Assembly: GCA_029932605.1 (NCBI GenBank)
Contig: JAOZPT010000030.1
Coordinates: forward strand, 1 to 29,307
From: Candidatus Zixiibacteriota bacterium
Lineage (GTDB): Bacteria; Zixibacteria; MSB-5A5; UBA10806; 4484-95
Direction: 5' to 3'
Length of the DNA stretch: 29,307 nt
The translations under genes were made by a program, and so were the position numbers. The notes under the pieces were generated by a model. The model saw only the letters and a program-made list of their open reading frames with translations, ran no database searches and had not been told where the DNA came from. This document shows positions 1 to 9,465 of this stretch, one piece after another. The stretch's first letter is position 1. Each line of letters starts with the position of its first letter.

Positions 1-777
1 AATGAATTGCTCGAATGGTATGACAAACTTAGGGCTCATCTCAGATTTAGATTTCAATATGAAGGTGCTGAATCAGTAATAAATCTATTGTCCATCTTTT
101 TTAATTCAAGTTATAGACATCTTGTTAACTTGAATGAAAATGACTTTGGGAGAGAAGTTGGGATCGATGTATTCCGTCAAAGGATAGGTGGCGGTATTAA
201 TGTCATTCTTACAACTAAAGATTGTGAGAATGTTTACCATGCCGTTGATAAATTCCTTATGACCGGTAAATCCAAAAGTGCGCTTATTGATAGGTTAAAA
301 ACCTACTGCACGTGGATTAGGCGTGATGATTTCCCTAAGCCGAAAGATAAGAACAAAGAAAGCAGGATTTCAAAAATTGTCACAGAGTTTATATTCAATC
401 ATGGCTATTTTCCGATTGTTAGACCCAAAACCGGCAAGGCTGAACCCGATATTTTATTTGAACCTTCTAATATTGTAAGTTGGGATAACTCGGTTTTGCT
501 TGAGTTAAAGCAATACATTCGAGAAGAAGATCAAGAATCTGAGATTAGAAGGGAATTACCTAATAATATAGGACAAGCGGCAGAGTATTACTCGATTGTT
601 AAAGAAATTAAACGTGATATTGCCGATACGGTACACCTTTTGATTTTCTATAATGGCAAGAAACGATTCCAGATTGGCGAATCTTATCCTGTTGAGAAAA
701 ATGTTGTTGTTGATTTCATTTATGTGGGGGATGGAACTCCGAGTAAATTGGAAACTGTAATTATAGATGGAAAATAA
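1..777 (+). CDS. Hypothetical protein with C-terminal PD-(D/E)xK nuclease-like motifs (probably 5'-truncated by the window edge)
   Basis: Frame is open from base 1. Motifs EPDILF...LLELKQY...GQAAEYY resemble PD...ExK plus QxxxY of restriction-endonuclease-fold proteins. Confidence 0.55.
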   Translation, partial: NELLEWYDKLRAHLRFRFQYEGAESVINLLSIFFNSSYRHLVNLNENDFGREVGIDVFRQRIGGGINVILTTKDCENVYHAVDKFLMTGKSKSALIDRLKTYCTWIRRDDFPKPKDKNKESRISKIVTEFIFNHGYFPIVRPKTGKAEPDILFEPSNIVSWDNSVLLELKQYIREEDQESEIRRELPNNIGQAAEYYSIVKEIKRDIADTVHLLIFYNGKKRFQIGESYPVEKNVVVDFIYVGDGTPSKLETVIIDGK

Positions 778-786
778 CATCCACCC

Positions 787-813
787 GTAGGGGCGTATTG
801 CATACGCCCCTAC
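787..813. repeat. GTAG-type REP palindrome, copy 1
   Basis: gtaggggcgtat-tgc-atacgcccctac: perfect 12-bp arms, directly upstream of the RAYT gene. Confidence 0.9.
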
Positions 814-814
814 A

Positions 815-1381
815 ATGAAGATGGAAAACATGACCATGAATATGCATCGTCAAAGTAATAAATATAATAAGCAGAAACACCATCGCCGGTCGCTCCGCTT
901 GAAGGGGTATGATTATTCACAAAATGGCGCCTATTTCGTGACTATATGCACATATAATAAAGAATTGTTATTCGAGGACAACCGGATAAAAAATATTGTG
1001 GAAGATGAATGGTTGAATACACCAAAGAGAAGACGGAATATTATCCTGGATGAGTATGTCATAATGCCCAATCATATCCATGGGATAATAATAATCGAGA
1101 ATCGCGTAGGGGCGTATTGCGATACGCCCCTACAATCAGGGTTCAGGTCACCATCACGAACGTTGGGTTCTATAATCAGGGGTTTCAAGGCATCGTCGAC
1201 AAAAAAGATCAATATCATACGCAATAGCTTGGGGATACCAGTGTGGCAGAGAAATTATTACGAGCATGTTATTCGCAATGAAACAGATTTATATGATACA
1301 AGGAGATATATCAGAGAAAATCCCCTTAAATGGGATCTTGATGAAAATAACCCGAACAATTTCCGGTCTATCGAGACATAA
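815..1381 (+). mobile_element. REP-associated tyrosine transposase (RAYT, IS200/Y1 HUH superfamily)
   Basis: Motifs RRSLRLKGYDY, YFVTICT, HUH motif MPNHIHGII and WQRNYYEHVIR; flanking and internal REP palindromes. True start may be a later ATG. Confidence 0.9.
1106..1133. repeat. GTAG-type REP palindrome, copy 2, in-frame within the RAYT gene
   Basis: gtaggggcgtat-tgcg-atacgcccctac: same arms as copy 1, translated as VGAYCDTPL. Confidence 0.9.
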
Positions 1382-1402
1382 GCCTAACCATTGGGTGTAG
1401 CC

Positions 1403-1651
1403 ATGTATCAGGATATCGAAGAGTCGGTTGATGTGATAGCCGTTTTTGAGAACGGTGCCATGAAGCCCTTGCGATTTAGGTGGAACGGCCGGGCTATTAA
1501 GATAAAACGTGTAACCGGCACCTGGAAAGCCGATGTGGGGCAGAGCAAGATCCGTTATTTCGCCGTGCTTGATCAGGCCTCCAATTTTTTCCAGCTTGCC
1601 TACGACGAACGCAATACCTCATGGGTGCTTAACAAAATCTGGGTGGAGTGA
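1403..1651 (+). CDS. Small protein (DUF6504-like) upstream of the Y-family polymerase
   Basis: ATG at 1403; PLRFRWNGR...W...YF...W pattern typical of small dinB-associated proteins; ends 10 nt before dinB. Confidence 0.6.
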   Translation: MYQDIEESVDVIAVFENGAMKPLRFRWNGRAIKIKRVTGTWKADVGQSKIRYFAVLDQASNFFQLAYDERNTSWVLNKIWVE

Positions 1652-1661
1652 TATAAAGTTG

Positions 1662-2903
1662 ATGAATAAGAAAAGGAAATTCTGTGCCAACGACAGAACC
1701 CGGAAAGATCAGCTCGAAAAGAGTGGACGAAAGATAATAATGCATCTTGATATGGATGCGTTTTTTGCCTCTGTTGAGCAGGCCCATGATCCCCGCTTGA
1801 GGGGAAAGCCGGTGATTGTTGGGGGCGTGCCTGGGGGAAGAGGGGTAGTCTCAACCTGTTCCTACGAGGCGAGGAAGTATGGTGTGCGTTCGGCGATGCC
1901 CACTGCTCGGGCTGTGAAGTTGTGTCCAGAGGGAATTTTTATCCATACCTCGGCAAATAAATACAGCCATGTATCGCTTAGTATCTTGAGCATCTTAAAT
2001 GAATACTCACCTAATGTCGAACCCTTCTCGATTGATGAGGCATTCCTTGATGTCACTGAGACTGCGGGAAGATTTGGGGGGCCTAAACAACTTGCCCTTC
2101 AGATAAAAAACCGGATTAGGGAAAAGCACAATTTGACCGCATCGATAGGTATTGCCTCAGTCAGATTTATCGCTAAAATAGCATCATCAATAAGCAAACC
2201 TGATGGATTAACGATAATTGAACCCGGGAGAGAGAAGGAGTATTTATGGCCTATGCCGATTTGTAATCTCTGGGGAGTGGGTCCAAAATCAGAGGAAGCT
2301 TTCAAAAGAATTGGGATTAAGACAATCGGAGACCTTGCCAGATTTCCAAAACATCGTTTAAAGAGGTATTTTGGGATAGTGGGTGAAACATTAAGGGATA
2401 TGGCAAATGGCATCGGCGAGGACGAAATTCGCCCATTCTATGATGAACCCGAGGTTAAATCCATGGGTCATGAGCATACTTTTGAGAGAGATATATCAAA
2501 TCCGGATTTGATTTCGGGAATGCTTTTATTCCTTTCTGAAAAAGTTTCACATCGTTTGAGGCAGTCAAACTTCAGGTGCAAAACTATAACCATAAAAGTC
2601 AGGCATTCGGACTTCAGGTTAAAATCAAGGGAGGCAACTCTTGTTATGCCAACGGATTGTGCTGTCACTATATATCAGTGTGCAAGGCTGCTTCTTGTTA
2701 AAAATAGATTTATGGAGAGGCCGATAAGATTGATCGGTGTTTCGGTATCCAAATTGGAGAAAAATGCTGTGGAGAGTCAGCTGGAACTGATGGCAAACCC
2801 ACATGGGAGGCAAATTGTTGTTGACAGGGTAATAGACAGTTTGAAAAGTAAGTATGGCGAGCACATGATTTGCCGGGCCAGGGCTAGAATGGTTTTCCAA
2901 TAA
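1662..2903 (+). CDS. dinB: DNA polymerase IV (Y family)
   Basis: Motifs HLDMDAFFASVEQ, STCSYEARKYGVRSAM, SIDEAFLD and LWGVG; C-terminal QLEL clamp-binding-like motif. ATG at 1662 is preferred to the 1533 start, which overlaps the upstream gene. Confidence 0.93.
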   Translation: MNKKRKFCANDRTRKDQLEKSGRKIIMHLDMDAFFASVEQAHDPRLRGKPVIVGGVPGGRGVVSTCSYEARKYGVRSAMPTARAVKLCPEGIFIHTSANKYSHVSLSILSILNEYSPNVEPFSIDEAFLDVTETAGRFGGPKQLALQIKNRIREKHNLTASIGIASVRFIAKIASSISKPDGLTIIEPGREKEYLWPMPICNLWGVGPKSEEAFKRIGIKTIGDLARFPKHRLKRYFGIVGETLRDMANGIGEDEIRPFYDEPEVKSMGHEHTFERDISNPDLISGMLLFLSEKVSHRLRQSNFRCKTITIKVRHSDFRLKSREATLVMPTDCAVTIYQCARLLLVKNRFMERPIRLIGVSVSKLEKNAVESQLELMANPHGRQIVVDRVIDSLKSKYGEHMICRARARMVFQ

Positions 2904-2937
2904 TAATTTTTGGAGTTTAATTTCTGTCATATTTTAC

Positions 2938-2965
2938 TTGCCATTATTTTATTTTTTGTTATTTT
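2938..2965 (+). promoter_or_regulatory. Putative sigma70 promoter for the ffh operon
   Basis: TTGCCA-16 nt-TATTTT with TG at the extended -10 position. Confidence 0.4.
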
Positions 2966-3000
2966 TTCCTGAATAACGTTAGGGGGGTAATATTATTGTT

Positions 3001-4317
3001 ATGTTTGAACAGTTGACTGAAAGACTTGAGTTTGTTTTTAAGAAGATCACCGGTCGTGGTCTTTTGAATGAGAAAGATGTTAAAGAGGCCATGAAGGGTA
3101 TTCGTATTGCTCTTCTTGAGGCTGATGTTAATTATCGTGTTGTTCGCCAGTTTATCGCTGATGTTGAAAAACGTGCTGTCGGCCAGGATCTCACAAAATC
3201 AGTTAGTCCTGGTCAGCAGGTTGTCAAGATATTCAATGATGAGCTTGTCAGTCTTCTTGGGGATAAACATTGTCCTCTTGTTGAATCGCCTCAACCGCCA
3301 ACGGTTGTTATGATGGTTGGGCTTCATGGAAGTGGTAAGACCACTCTTTCCGGCAAGTTAGCTAAGTTGTTTAGGAATCGTGGTAAACATCCTCTTCTTG
3401 TGGCCGCTGATATCCATCGTCCAGCTGCCAAAAAACAACTTGAGATCTTGGCCAAATCAATTGATATGCCATTTTATACGAACGACCTTAACGCCAGGGA
3501 TATTTGCCATGAAGCGATCAAACATGCTAAGGAAAAACTTTATGACCTTGTCATCCTCGACACTGCTGGCAGGCTTCAGATCGATGATGAGTTGATGGCG
3601 GAACTTATTGATATAAAAAGGAAAGTAAAACCATCTGAGGTGTTATTCGTAGCCGATGCCATGACTGGCCAGGAGGCTGTAAATGTTGCTTCAACTTTTA
3701 ACGAGAAGATAGGCATTACAGGAGTTGCACTGACCAAGCTTGATGGTGATGCCCGTGGTGGGGCAGCTTTATCGATTAAAGCGGTGCTGAAGGTTCCCAT
3801 TAAATTTGTCGGAGTTGGCGAGAAGCTTGATGCTATTGAAGAGTTTCATCCGGAGCGAATGGCTTCGCGTATACTTGGAATGGGTGATATTGTTACACTT
3901 GTGGAGAAGGCTCAAAAGACTGTTGATTTTGAAAAGGCGAAGAAGCTCGAGAAAAAACTTCGCAAACAGGAATTTACTTTTGAGGATTTTTTAGACCAGC
4001 TGAAGCAGGTTAAGAAAATGGGACCATTGGAGTCGCTTCTTGAGTTGATACCAGGTGTTGGTGGTAAATTGAAAGGGCTTCCCATTGATGATAAAGCTTT
4101 GCTGAGAATTGAAGCGATAATCAACTCGATGACCAAACAGGAGCGACGTAATCCCTCTATGATAAATGGTTCTCGCCGCAAGAGAATTGCCCGCGGCAGT
4201 GGAACCTCGGTGCAGGATATTAATGTTTTATTAAAGCAGTTTGCACAGATGCAGAAGATGGTTAAGAAATTTTCTAAATTAAGTTTCAAAGGTTTTCCAC
4301 AAGGATTTCCGATATAA
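3001..4317 (+). CDS. ffh: Signal recognition particle protein Ffh
   Basis: Motifs ALLEADV, GLHGSGKTT, DTAGRLQ, TKLDGDARGGAALS; M-domain NGSRRKRIARGSG. Confidence 0.98.
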   Translation: MFEQLTERLEFVFKKITGRGLLNEKDVKEAMKGIRIALLEADVNYRVVRQFIADVEKRAVGQDLTKSVSPGQQVVKIFNDELVSLLGDKHCPLVESPQPPTVVMMVGLHGSGKTTLSGKLAKLFRNRGKHPLLVAADIHRPAAKKQLEILAKSIDMPFYTNDLNARDICHEAIKHAKEKLYDLVILDTAGRLQIDDELMAELIDIKRKVKPSEVLFVADAMTGQEAVNVASTFNEKIGITGVALTKLDGDARGGAALSIKAVLKVPIKFVGVGEKLDAIEEFHPERMASRILGMGDIVTLVEKAQKTVDFEKAKKLEKKLRKQEFTFEDFLDQLKQVKKMGPLESLLELIPGVGGKLKGLPIDDKALLRIEAIINSMTKQERRNPSMINGSRRKRIARGSGTSVQDINVLLKQFAQMQKMVKKFSKLSFKGFPQGFPI

Positions 4318-4347
4318 AACAGTAGATTTTCATTTTCAGGAGGATGA

Positions 4348-4710
4348 GTGGCACTTAAAATCAGATTACGGAGGATGGGCGCAAAGAAAAAACCTTTCTA
4401 CAGGATAGTAGCTATTGATTCAAGAAAGGCCCGAGAGGGAAGGTTTGTGGACTTGCTGGGCTGGTATAATCCGATAGAAAGACCGGCCAAGGTCAAAGTG
4501 TATGAGGAAAAGGTATATAAACATCTTGACGCAGGCGCACAATTTTCGGAGACGGTTGGAAGTATTTTTAAGAATGTCGGTTTGCTGAGAAAATATCAGA
4601 TGATGAAGAAGGGTGAGGATGTTACTGATATAGAGCTTGCTGATACTATTAAAGAGAAGAAGAAAAAGAAAAAAAAGAAAAAAACCGCAAAAGCTGAAAA
4701 GGCTGAGTAA
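4348..4710 (+). CDS. rpsP: 30S ribosomal protein S16 with Lys-rich C-terminal extension
   Basis: LKIRLRRMGAKKKPFYRIV; AGGAGG Shine-Dalgarno; conserved synteny. Confidence 0.97.
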   Translation: MALKIRLRRMGAKKKPFYRIVAIDSRKAREGRFVDLLGWYNPIERPAKVKVYEEKVYKHLDAGAQFSETVGSIFKNVGLLRKYQMMKKGEDVTDIELADTIKEKKKKKKKKKTAKAEKAE

Positions 4711-4751
4711 TGTTACTCAATTGGAACCACTTTCACTAAAAGGAGGCGAAC

Positions 4752-4982
4752 GTGAAGGAGTTCATCGAATTCATCGCCCGAGCACTTGTTGACCATCCAG
4801 ACAATGTTGATGTTACGGAGGTTGAGGGCGAGAAAACAACTGTTTATGAGCTGAGAGTTGCTCAGGAGGATCTGGGAAAGGTAATAGGACGCAAAGGTCA
4901 AACCGCTAAAGCGATCCGGACATTAATAGCGGCGGTCTCAGCCAAGAAAGGGAAAAGGGCTTTATTAGAGATTTTGGAATAG
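4752..4982 (+). CDS. khpA: KH-domain RNA-binding protein KhpA (YlqC)
   Basis: ALVDHPD...[18 protein letters not shown]; lies between rpsP and rimM. Confidence 0.93.
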   Translation: MKEFIEFIARALVDHPDNVDVTEVEGEKTTVYELRVAQEDLGKVIGRKGQTAKAIRTLIAAVSAKKGKRALLEILE

Positions 4983-4983
4983 T

Positions 4984-5502
4984 GTGGCCCTAAATAATGA
5001 TACCCCAATAGCCCTGGGGTTTGTCCGAAAACCTCGGGGCTTATCCGGGGAGCTTGTGGTCGGGTTATATCAACCCAACAGCGAAGTATTTCGCGCTGGG
5101 TTGTCCGTTGTAATTAAGACAAAAAAGGATTTCCTGCATACAAAAATTGAATATGTGAAAAAAACCGGCCATCGGCTTATCGTGAAATTCGAACATATAA
5201 ATGACTGCAAGACGGCTGAGGCTTATGCAGGGGCCGAAATCGTATGTCGCTTTGACCTGTTACCGAAAAAAAGGCCAAATGAGTTTTATGTTTTTAATCT
5301 TGTCGGTTTGAAAGTAGTCGATTTTTCCGGGGAAGTTTTTGGTGAAGTTTTAGATGTATTAAATTTACCGGCTAATGATGTTCTCGTTTTAAATACCAAG
5401 GATGGAGAGGTAATGATACCTTTTATTAAACAGATAGTCAAATCGGTATCCATTGAGGAAAAGGTTATCGTGGTTAACAACATTAGAGATTTTATCTTAT
5501 GA
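4984..5502 (+). CDS. rimM: Ribosome maturation factor RimM
   Basis: KPRGLSGEL, EFYVFNLVGLKV, ANDVLV, MIPFI; synteny. Confidence 0.93.
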   Translation: MALNNDTPIALGFVRKPRGLSGELVVGLYQPNSEVFRAGLSVVIKTKKDFLHTKIEYVKKTGHRLIVKFEHINDCKTAEAYAGAEIVCRFDLLPKKRPNEFYVFNLVGLKVVDFSGEVFGEVLDVLNLPANDVLVLNTKDGEVMIPFIKQIVKSVSIEEKVIVVNNIRDFIL

Positions 5503-6236
5503 AGATCGATGTGTTGACATTATTTCCCGATATAATGCAGGAAACTCTGAAACAGAGTATAATCGGAAGAGCGCGTGCTAATGGCCTTATTGATATTAAC
5601 CTTCACAATATTCGTGACTATGCCACCGATAAGCACCACGTTGTTGATGATGTCCCTTATGGTGGTGGAGGTGGTATGGTGATGATGGTCGAACCGTTGT
5701 ATAATGCTATAAAAGCGATTGACCCTGATGATGAATCAAAGAAAATTTTAACCGAAGCCTCAGGTTATAAATTTAACCAGGTCACGGCTAAAAAACTTAT
5801 GCTTGAAGAATGGTTGCTCATCGTTTGTGGCCACTATACGGGTATAGATGAAAGGATAAAACAACTGTTTGATTTTTATGAACTGTCTATCGGTGATTAT
5901 GTTCTGACCGGAGGTGAAATTCCTGCTCTTGTAATAATCGATGCTGTGGTTCGGTTGGTGCCGGGTGTTATTAAAGAGATATCCTCAGCCCAGAATGATT
6001 CGTATTTCGAGGGGCTTTTGGGTTTTCCTGAATATACACGTCCAAGAAAGTTTATGGAACTTGAGGTTCCTTGGGTTCTATTAAGCGGTAATCATGAGAA
6101 GATAAGGAAGTGGCGCCTTGAGAAATCGTTGAAAAGAACATTTGCCAGAAGGCCTGATTTGTTGGAAAATATAGAATTAGATGAAGAACAAAAACAGCTT
6201 TTGAGCCTGGAGGATAAAGATGTTGAAAGCGGTTGA
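5499..6236 (+). CDS. trmD: tRNA (guanine37-N1)-methyltransferase
   Basis: [41 protein letters not shown]. Confidence 0.97.
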   Translation: MKIDVLTLFPDIMQETLKQSIIGRARANGLIDINLHNIRDYATDKHHVVDDVPYGGGGGMVMMVEPLYNAIKAIDPDDESKKILTEASGYKFNQVTAKKLMLEEWLLIVCGHYTGIDERIKQLFDFYELSIGDYVLTGGEIPALVIIDAVVRLVPGVIKEISSAQNDSYFEGLLGFPEYTRPRKFMELEVPWVLLSGNHEKIRKWRLEKSLKRTFARRPDLLENIELDEEQKQLLSLEDKDVESG

Positions 6237-6564
6237 AAGTAAGCATATAAAAGAAAATATACCCGATTTCAAACCGGGCGATAATGTTCGAGTACATGTT
6301 AAAATAAGAGAGGGTGATAAAGAAAGGGTGCAGGTTTTTCAAGGTGATGTTATTGCTTGTCGTGGATCCGGCACCGGTAGCTCGTTTACGGTGAGAAAGA
6401 TTTCTGCTGGAATAGGCGTTGAGAGGATTTTCCCACTCCACTCGCCTAATATTATAAAAATACAGGTATTGCGCAGGGGTGATGTCAGGCGAGCCAAGCT
6501 TTATTATCTTCGTGAACTACGTGGTAAAAAAGCTCGTATTTTGAAGAAAGCCAAAGAGAAATAG
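6220..6564 (+). CDS. rplS: 50S ribosomal protein L19
   Basis: [34 protein letters not shown]. Confidence 0.98.
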   Translation: MLKAVESKHIKENIPDFKPGDNVRVHVKIREGDKERVQVFQGDVIACRGSGTGSSFTVRKISAGIGVERIFPLHSPNIIKIQVLRRGDVRRAKLYYLRELRGKKARILKKAKEK

Positions 6565-6570
6565 AAACCC

Positions 6571-7182
6571 ATGAGGAGGGGGAGTTCAAAGCTAAAGTTA
6601 GTTTGTGGGGTTGATGAAGTAGGACGTGGACCGCTCGCTGGTCCAGTAGTAGTGGCTGCCGTTGTCCTTGAGGATGATATTTCAATCATTGGCTTAACCG
6701 ATTCAAAACTGCTCTCACCTGCCAGACGGTATAAGCTTGTTTCTGAGATTTTAGAAAAAGCCGCTGGTTATGCAATAGCCGGTGTTTCAAATTTTATAAT
6801 AGACAAGATAAATATTCTTCAGGCCTCGTTTCTGGCTATGCGAAAGGCAGTAGAAAAGCTTCCTCTTAGGCCTGATGTGGTTTATGTGGATGGCAAATTT
6901 AAAATACCGGGGATAGAAATTTCACAAGAAGCCATAATTGGAGGCGATAAGATAGTACCGGAAATCTCAGCAGCCTCGATTTTGGCAAAAGTTACCCGTG
7001 ATGCTTACATGACTGAAGTCGCCAGAATGTATCCCGAATATGGATTTGAGCGCAATAAAGGTTACGGCACAAAAGAGCATATTCAGACTCTTCAAAAGCT
7101 GGGACCATGCCGGCTGCACCGAAGAAGCTTCAAACCCGTATCGCAACTTATACCGAGAGGAATAAATGGTCGTATTGCTTGA
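6571..7182 (+). CDS. rnhB: Ribonuclease HII
   Basis: GVDEVGRGPLAGPVV, DSKLL, ISAASILAKVTRD, NKGYGT. Confidence 0.97.
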   Translation: MRRGSSKLKLVCGVDEVGRGPLAGPVVVAAVVLEDDISIIGLTDSKLLSPARRYKLVSEILEKAAGYAIAGVSNFIIDKINILQASFLAMRKAVEKLPLRPDVVYVDGKFKIPGIEISQEAIIGGDKIVPEISAASILAKVTRDAYMTEVARMYPEYGFERNKGYGTKEHIQTLQKLGPCRLHRRSFKPVSQLIPRGINGRIA

Positions 7183-7702
7183 TAATCCTTTTGTGGGTAT
7201 TGCTATTGTCCTGTTTCTGGCATTTATAGATTATCCATTAACAAATATTGCTCGCAACCTTTATCGAAGGTATATGTCAAGATATATAGAATATGAAGCC
7301 GTTGGTAAAACAGGTAAAATAGCTTCTCGTTTTTTCTGGTTTGCAACCAAGATCGTTATCGTTCTTCTTCTTTACCTCATATGGGCGATATATCATTACG
7401 GCGATGTAAAGATTGCCGGTGTTTGTTATTTATGGCTGTTGGGTTTTGCAATGGGTTCTTATTTCATTATAGATTTAAGGCATGTTGAAAGTTTATTATT
7501 GTCACGGCTATATCGCCAAAACGATTTATTGAGTGGGAAGATAAGTTATCATGCTAGATTATCTTTGAGGATATCAGCGGTACAATTTTTTTCCATCTTT
7601 TTGATATTTTCAGGATTTCTATTAATAAAGCCTGTGTATTTCACGTTAGGTCTGGCCTGTGCCCCTTTGTTTTTAGTTATCAGGAATCTTTTAATTTCCT
7701 AA
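7166..7702 (+). CDS. Hypothetical multi-pass membrane protein
   Basis: 178 aa with about 4-5 hydrophobic segments; overlaps the rnhB end; GAGG upstream of ATG. Confidence 0.65.
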   Translation: MVVLLDNPFVGIAIVLFLAFIDYPLTNIARNLYRRYMSRYIEYEAVGKTGKIASRFFWFATKIVIVLLLYLIWAIYHYGDVKIAGVCYLWLLGFAMGSYFIIDLRHVESLLLSRLYRQNDLLSGKISYHARLSLRISAVQFFSIFLIFSGFLLIKPVYFTLGLACAPLFLVIRNLLIS

Positions 7703-7970
7703 TTGTTTTATTTGTAAGTAAAGGCAAGTATTACCACTTTCAACCATAATTGGGACCAATAAGCGAAATATTATTATCGTGATGGTAGATCTTGCGTCCA
7801 TCCATGGTTGTAGAAAGTCATAAAATAGTAATCTTATATTTTGGTTTAATTTATCTCATCTTGTAATTTCAAAAGGTAGAGGGTATATTCGTCAAGTGTT
7901 CTTAAGGTGTAATTTGTCTGTGGGGCAGTTTGAGTTGCCCGGATTTATTTTCATGTATATGTAATATCAT

Positions 7971-9314
7971 ATGGCCAAGGATCTGTCAAAGGGTTCGATA
8001 CCCGTGTTATTAATTAAACTTGCCCTGCCGGCGGTATTTTCGTTATTAGGATACACTGTCAACTATTTCATTGATGGTATCTGGATAGGCAGGCTGGGTT
8101 CGAAATCGTTAGCGGCATTAGCGCCGGCCTCGTTTGTTTTGTGGATTATTTACTCTTTTATGGACATAATGGCGATTGGGATAGTAGCGGTTGTTTCGCG
8201 GTATTATGGTGAGAAAAACTTTAATCAGGCCTCAGAAACATCGCAAAAGGTTATTCAGTTTACAGCCATACTTTCTATAGTTTTTCTTTTTGCTGTTCTA
8301 ATTCTCTCAAAATATATCTTTCTTTTCATAGGAGTTTCATCAGAGGTTGTTAATAGGGGCCAGATATATCTTGTGATTATGGCTTTTGCCATGCCAGCGT
8401 TTTTTATTGGCGAGGTTTTTTATGGCATTTTTCGAGCCTCGGGTGATACAACCACACCGATGAAACTCACCATAGCTGCTGTTGGTTGTAATATGGTATT
8501 AGACCCGCTTCTGATTTTCGGTCTTGGTCCATTTCCAAGGCTTGAATTGGCCGGAGCGGCATTGGCTACTGTGATTGGTCATTATTTGGCTCTGGTGTGG
8601 GCTTTTTACAAGATTCGCAAAGGTGGAATTCCCTTTAAGGTTTTTGCCAGCAGGATATTGCCGTTTGACTTTTCCCTGATATGGAAGGTGGCCAAGGTGG
8701 GAATACCGATATCGGTATCTGGAGTGGTGTTTTCCGTCGTGTATATAATCTTATCAAAGGTGGCGGCACCTTATGGCGATTTCGTGGTGGCTTCTTTCAG
8801 AGTGGGTCAGCTGGTCGAATCTGTCTCCTTTATGGTCTGTTTCGGGTTTGGTCAGGCGGTAGCCAGTATGGTTGGTCAGAATCTCGGCGCCAAACTTCCC
8901 AAACGTGCAGAAAAATCAGCCTGGACTGCAATTGCCATTATCTCTACTATTACATTTGGTTTTTCTTTTCTGTTTTATTTTTTTGCCAGACCGATTACCT
9001 CCCTGTTTACAAACGATCCACAGATGATGGCCGCCGCTGTGTATTATCTCAAAATAGTGGCCCTGGCACAGGTGATGATGGGATTTGAGATGGTTCTTGA
9101 GGGCGTTTTCTCTGGCGCTGGTGATACTGTTCCTCCAATGATAGTGTCGATAATTGGAACAATAATCAGGATCCCTTTAGCGATGGTATTTGCCAATATG
9201 CCAGGTTTTGGGTATACCGGTATATATTGGGCTATAACTGTTTCAACCATTATAAAAGGTGTGGCGATATTTATCTGGTTTAATGTTGGCAAATGGAAAC
9301 GAAAAGAAATATGA
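7971..9314 (+). CDS. MATE family efflux transporter
   Basis: 447 aa, multiple TM segments; LALPA, GDTTTPM, NMVLDPLLIFG, MVGQNLGAK, GAGDTVPPM. Confidence 0.93.
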   Translation: MAKDLSKGSIPVLLIKLALPAVFSLLGYTVNYFIDGIWIGRLGSKSLAALAPASFVLWIIYSFMDIMAIGIVAVVSRYYGEKNFNQASETSQKVIQFTAILSIVFLFAVLILSKYIFLFIGVSSEVVNRGQIYLVIMAFAMPAFFIGEVFYGIFRASGDTTTPMKLTIAAVGCNMVLDPLLIFGLGPFPRLELAGAALATVIGHYLALVWAFYKIRKGGIPFKVFASRILPFDFSLIWKVAKVGIPISVSGVVFSVVYIILSKVAAPYGDFVVASFRVGQLVESVSFMVCFGFGQAVASMVGQNLGAKLPKRAEKSAWTAIAIISTITFGFSFLFYFFARPITSLFTNDPQMMAAAVYYLKIVALAQVMMGFEMVLEGVFSGAGDTVPPMIVSIIGTIIRIPLAMVFANMPGFGYTGIYWAITVSTIIKGVAIFIWFNVGKWKRKEI

Positions 9315-9465
9315 TCTTATAAATTGGTTTTATAGATAAGCTTTAGTATTTCAGGAAACATAATTCACGAAATAAACAGATTTTAATTTGATAACACCTT
9401 TTAACTTAATAACTGCAGGAATCGTCATTCCTACAGCATAAAAGAAGAATAATTATTGTAAATAT

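Noticed and set aside
556..837. Minus-strand 93-aa ORF containing VGAYAIRPY
   Set aside because: Translation of the REP palindrome, antisense to a better ORF.
1533..1661. N-terminal extension of dinB in the ORF track
   Set aside because: Overlaps the upstream small gene out of frame; ATG 1662 is more plausible.
3107..4289. Short alternative-frame and antisense ORFs within ffh (likewise in dinB, MATE, cas10, lysF, prpD, permease and lyase)
   Set aside because: Shadow ORFs of well-supported genes with no recognisable motifs.
7741..7810. Cloverleaf-like fold as a tRNA gene
   Set aside because: Lacks the TTCG T-loop, a 7-nt anticodon loop and other invariant bases; kept only as a low-interest structure.
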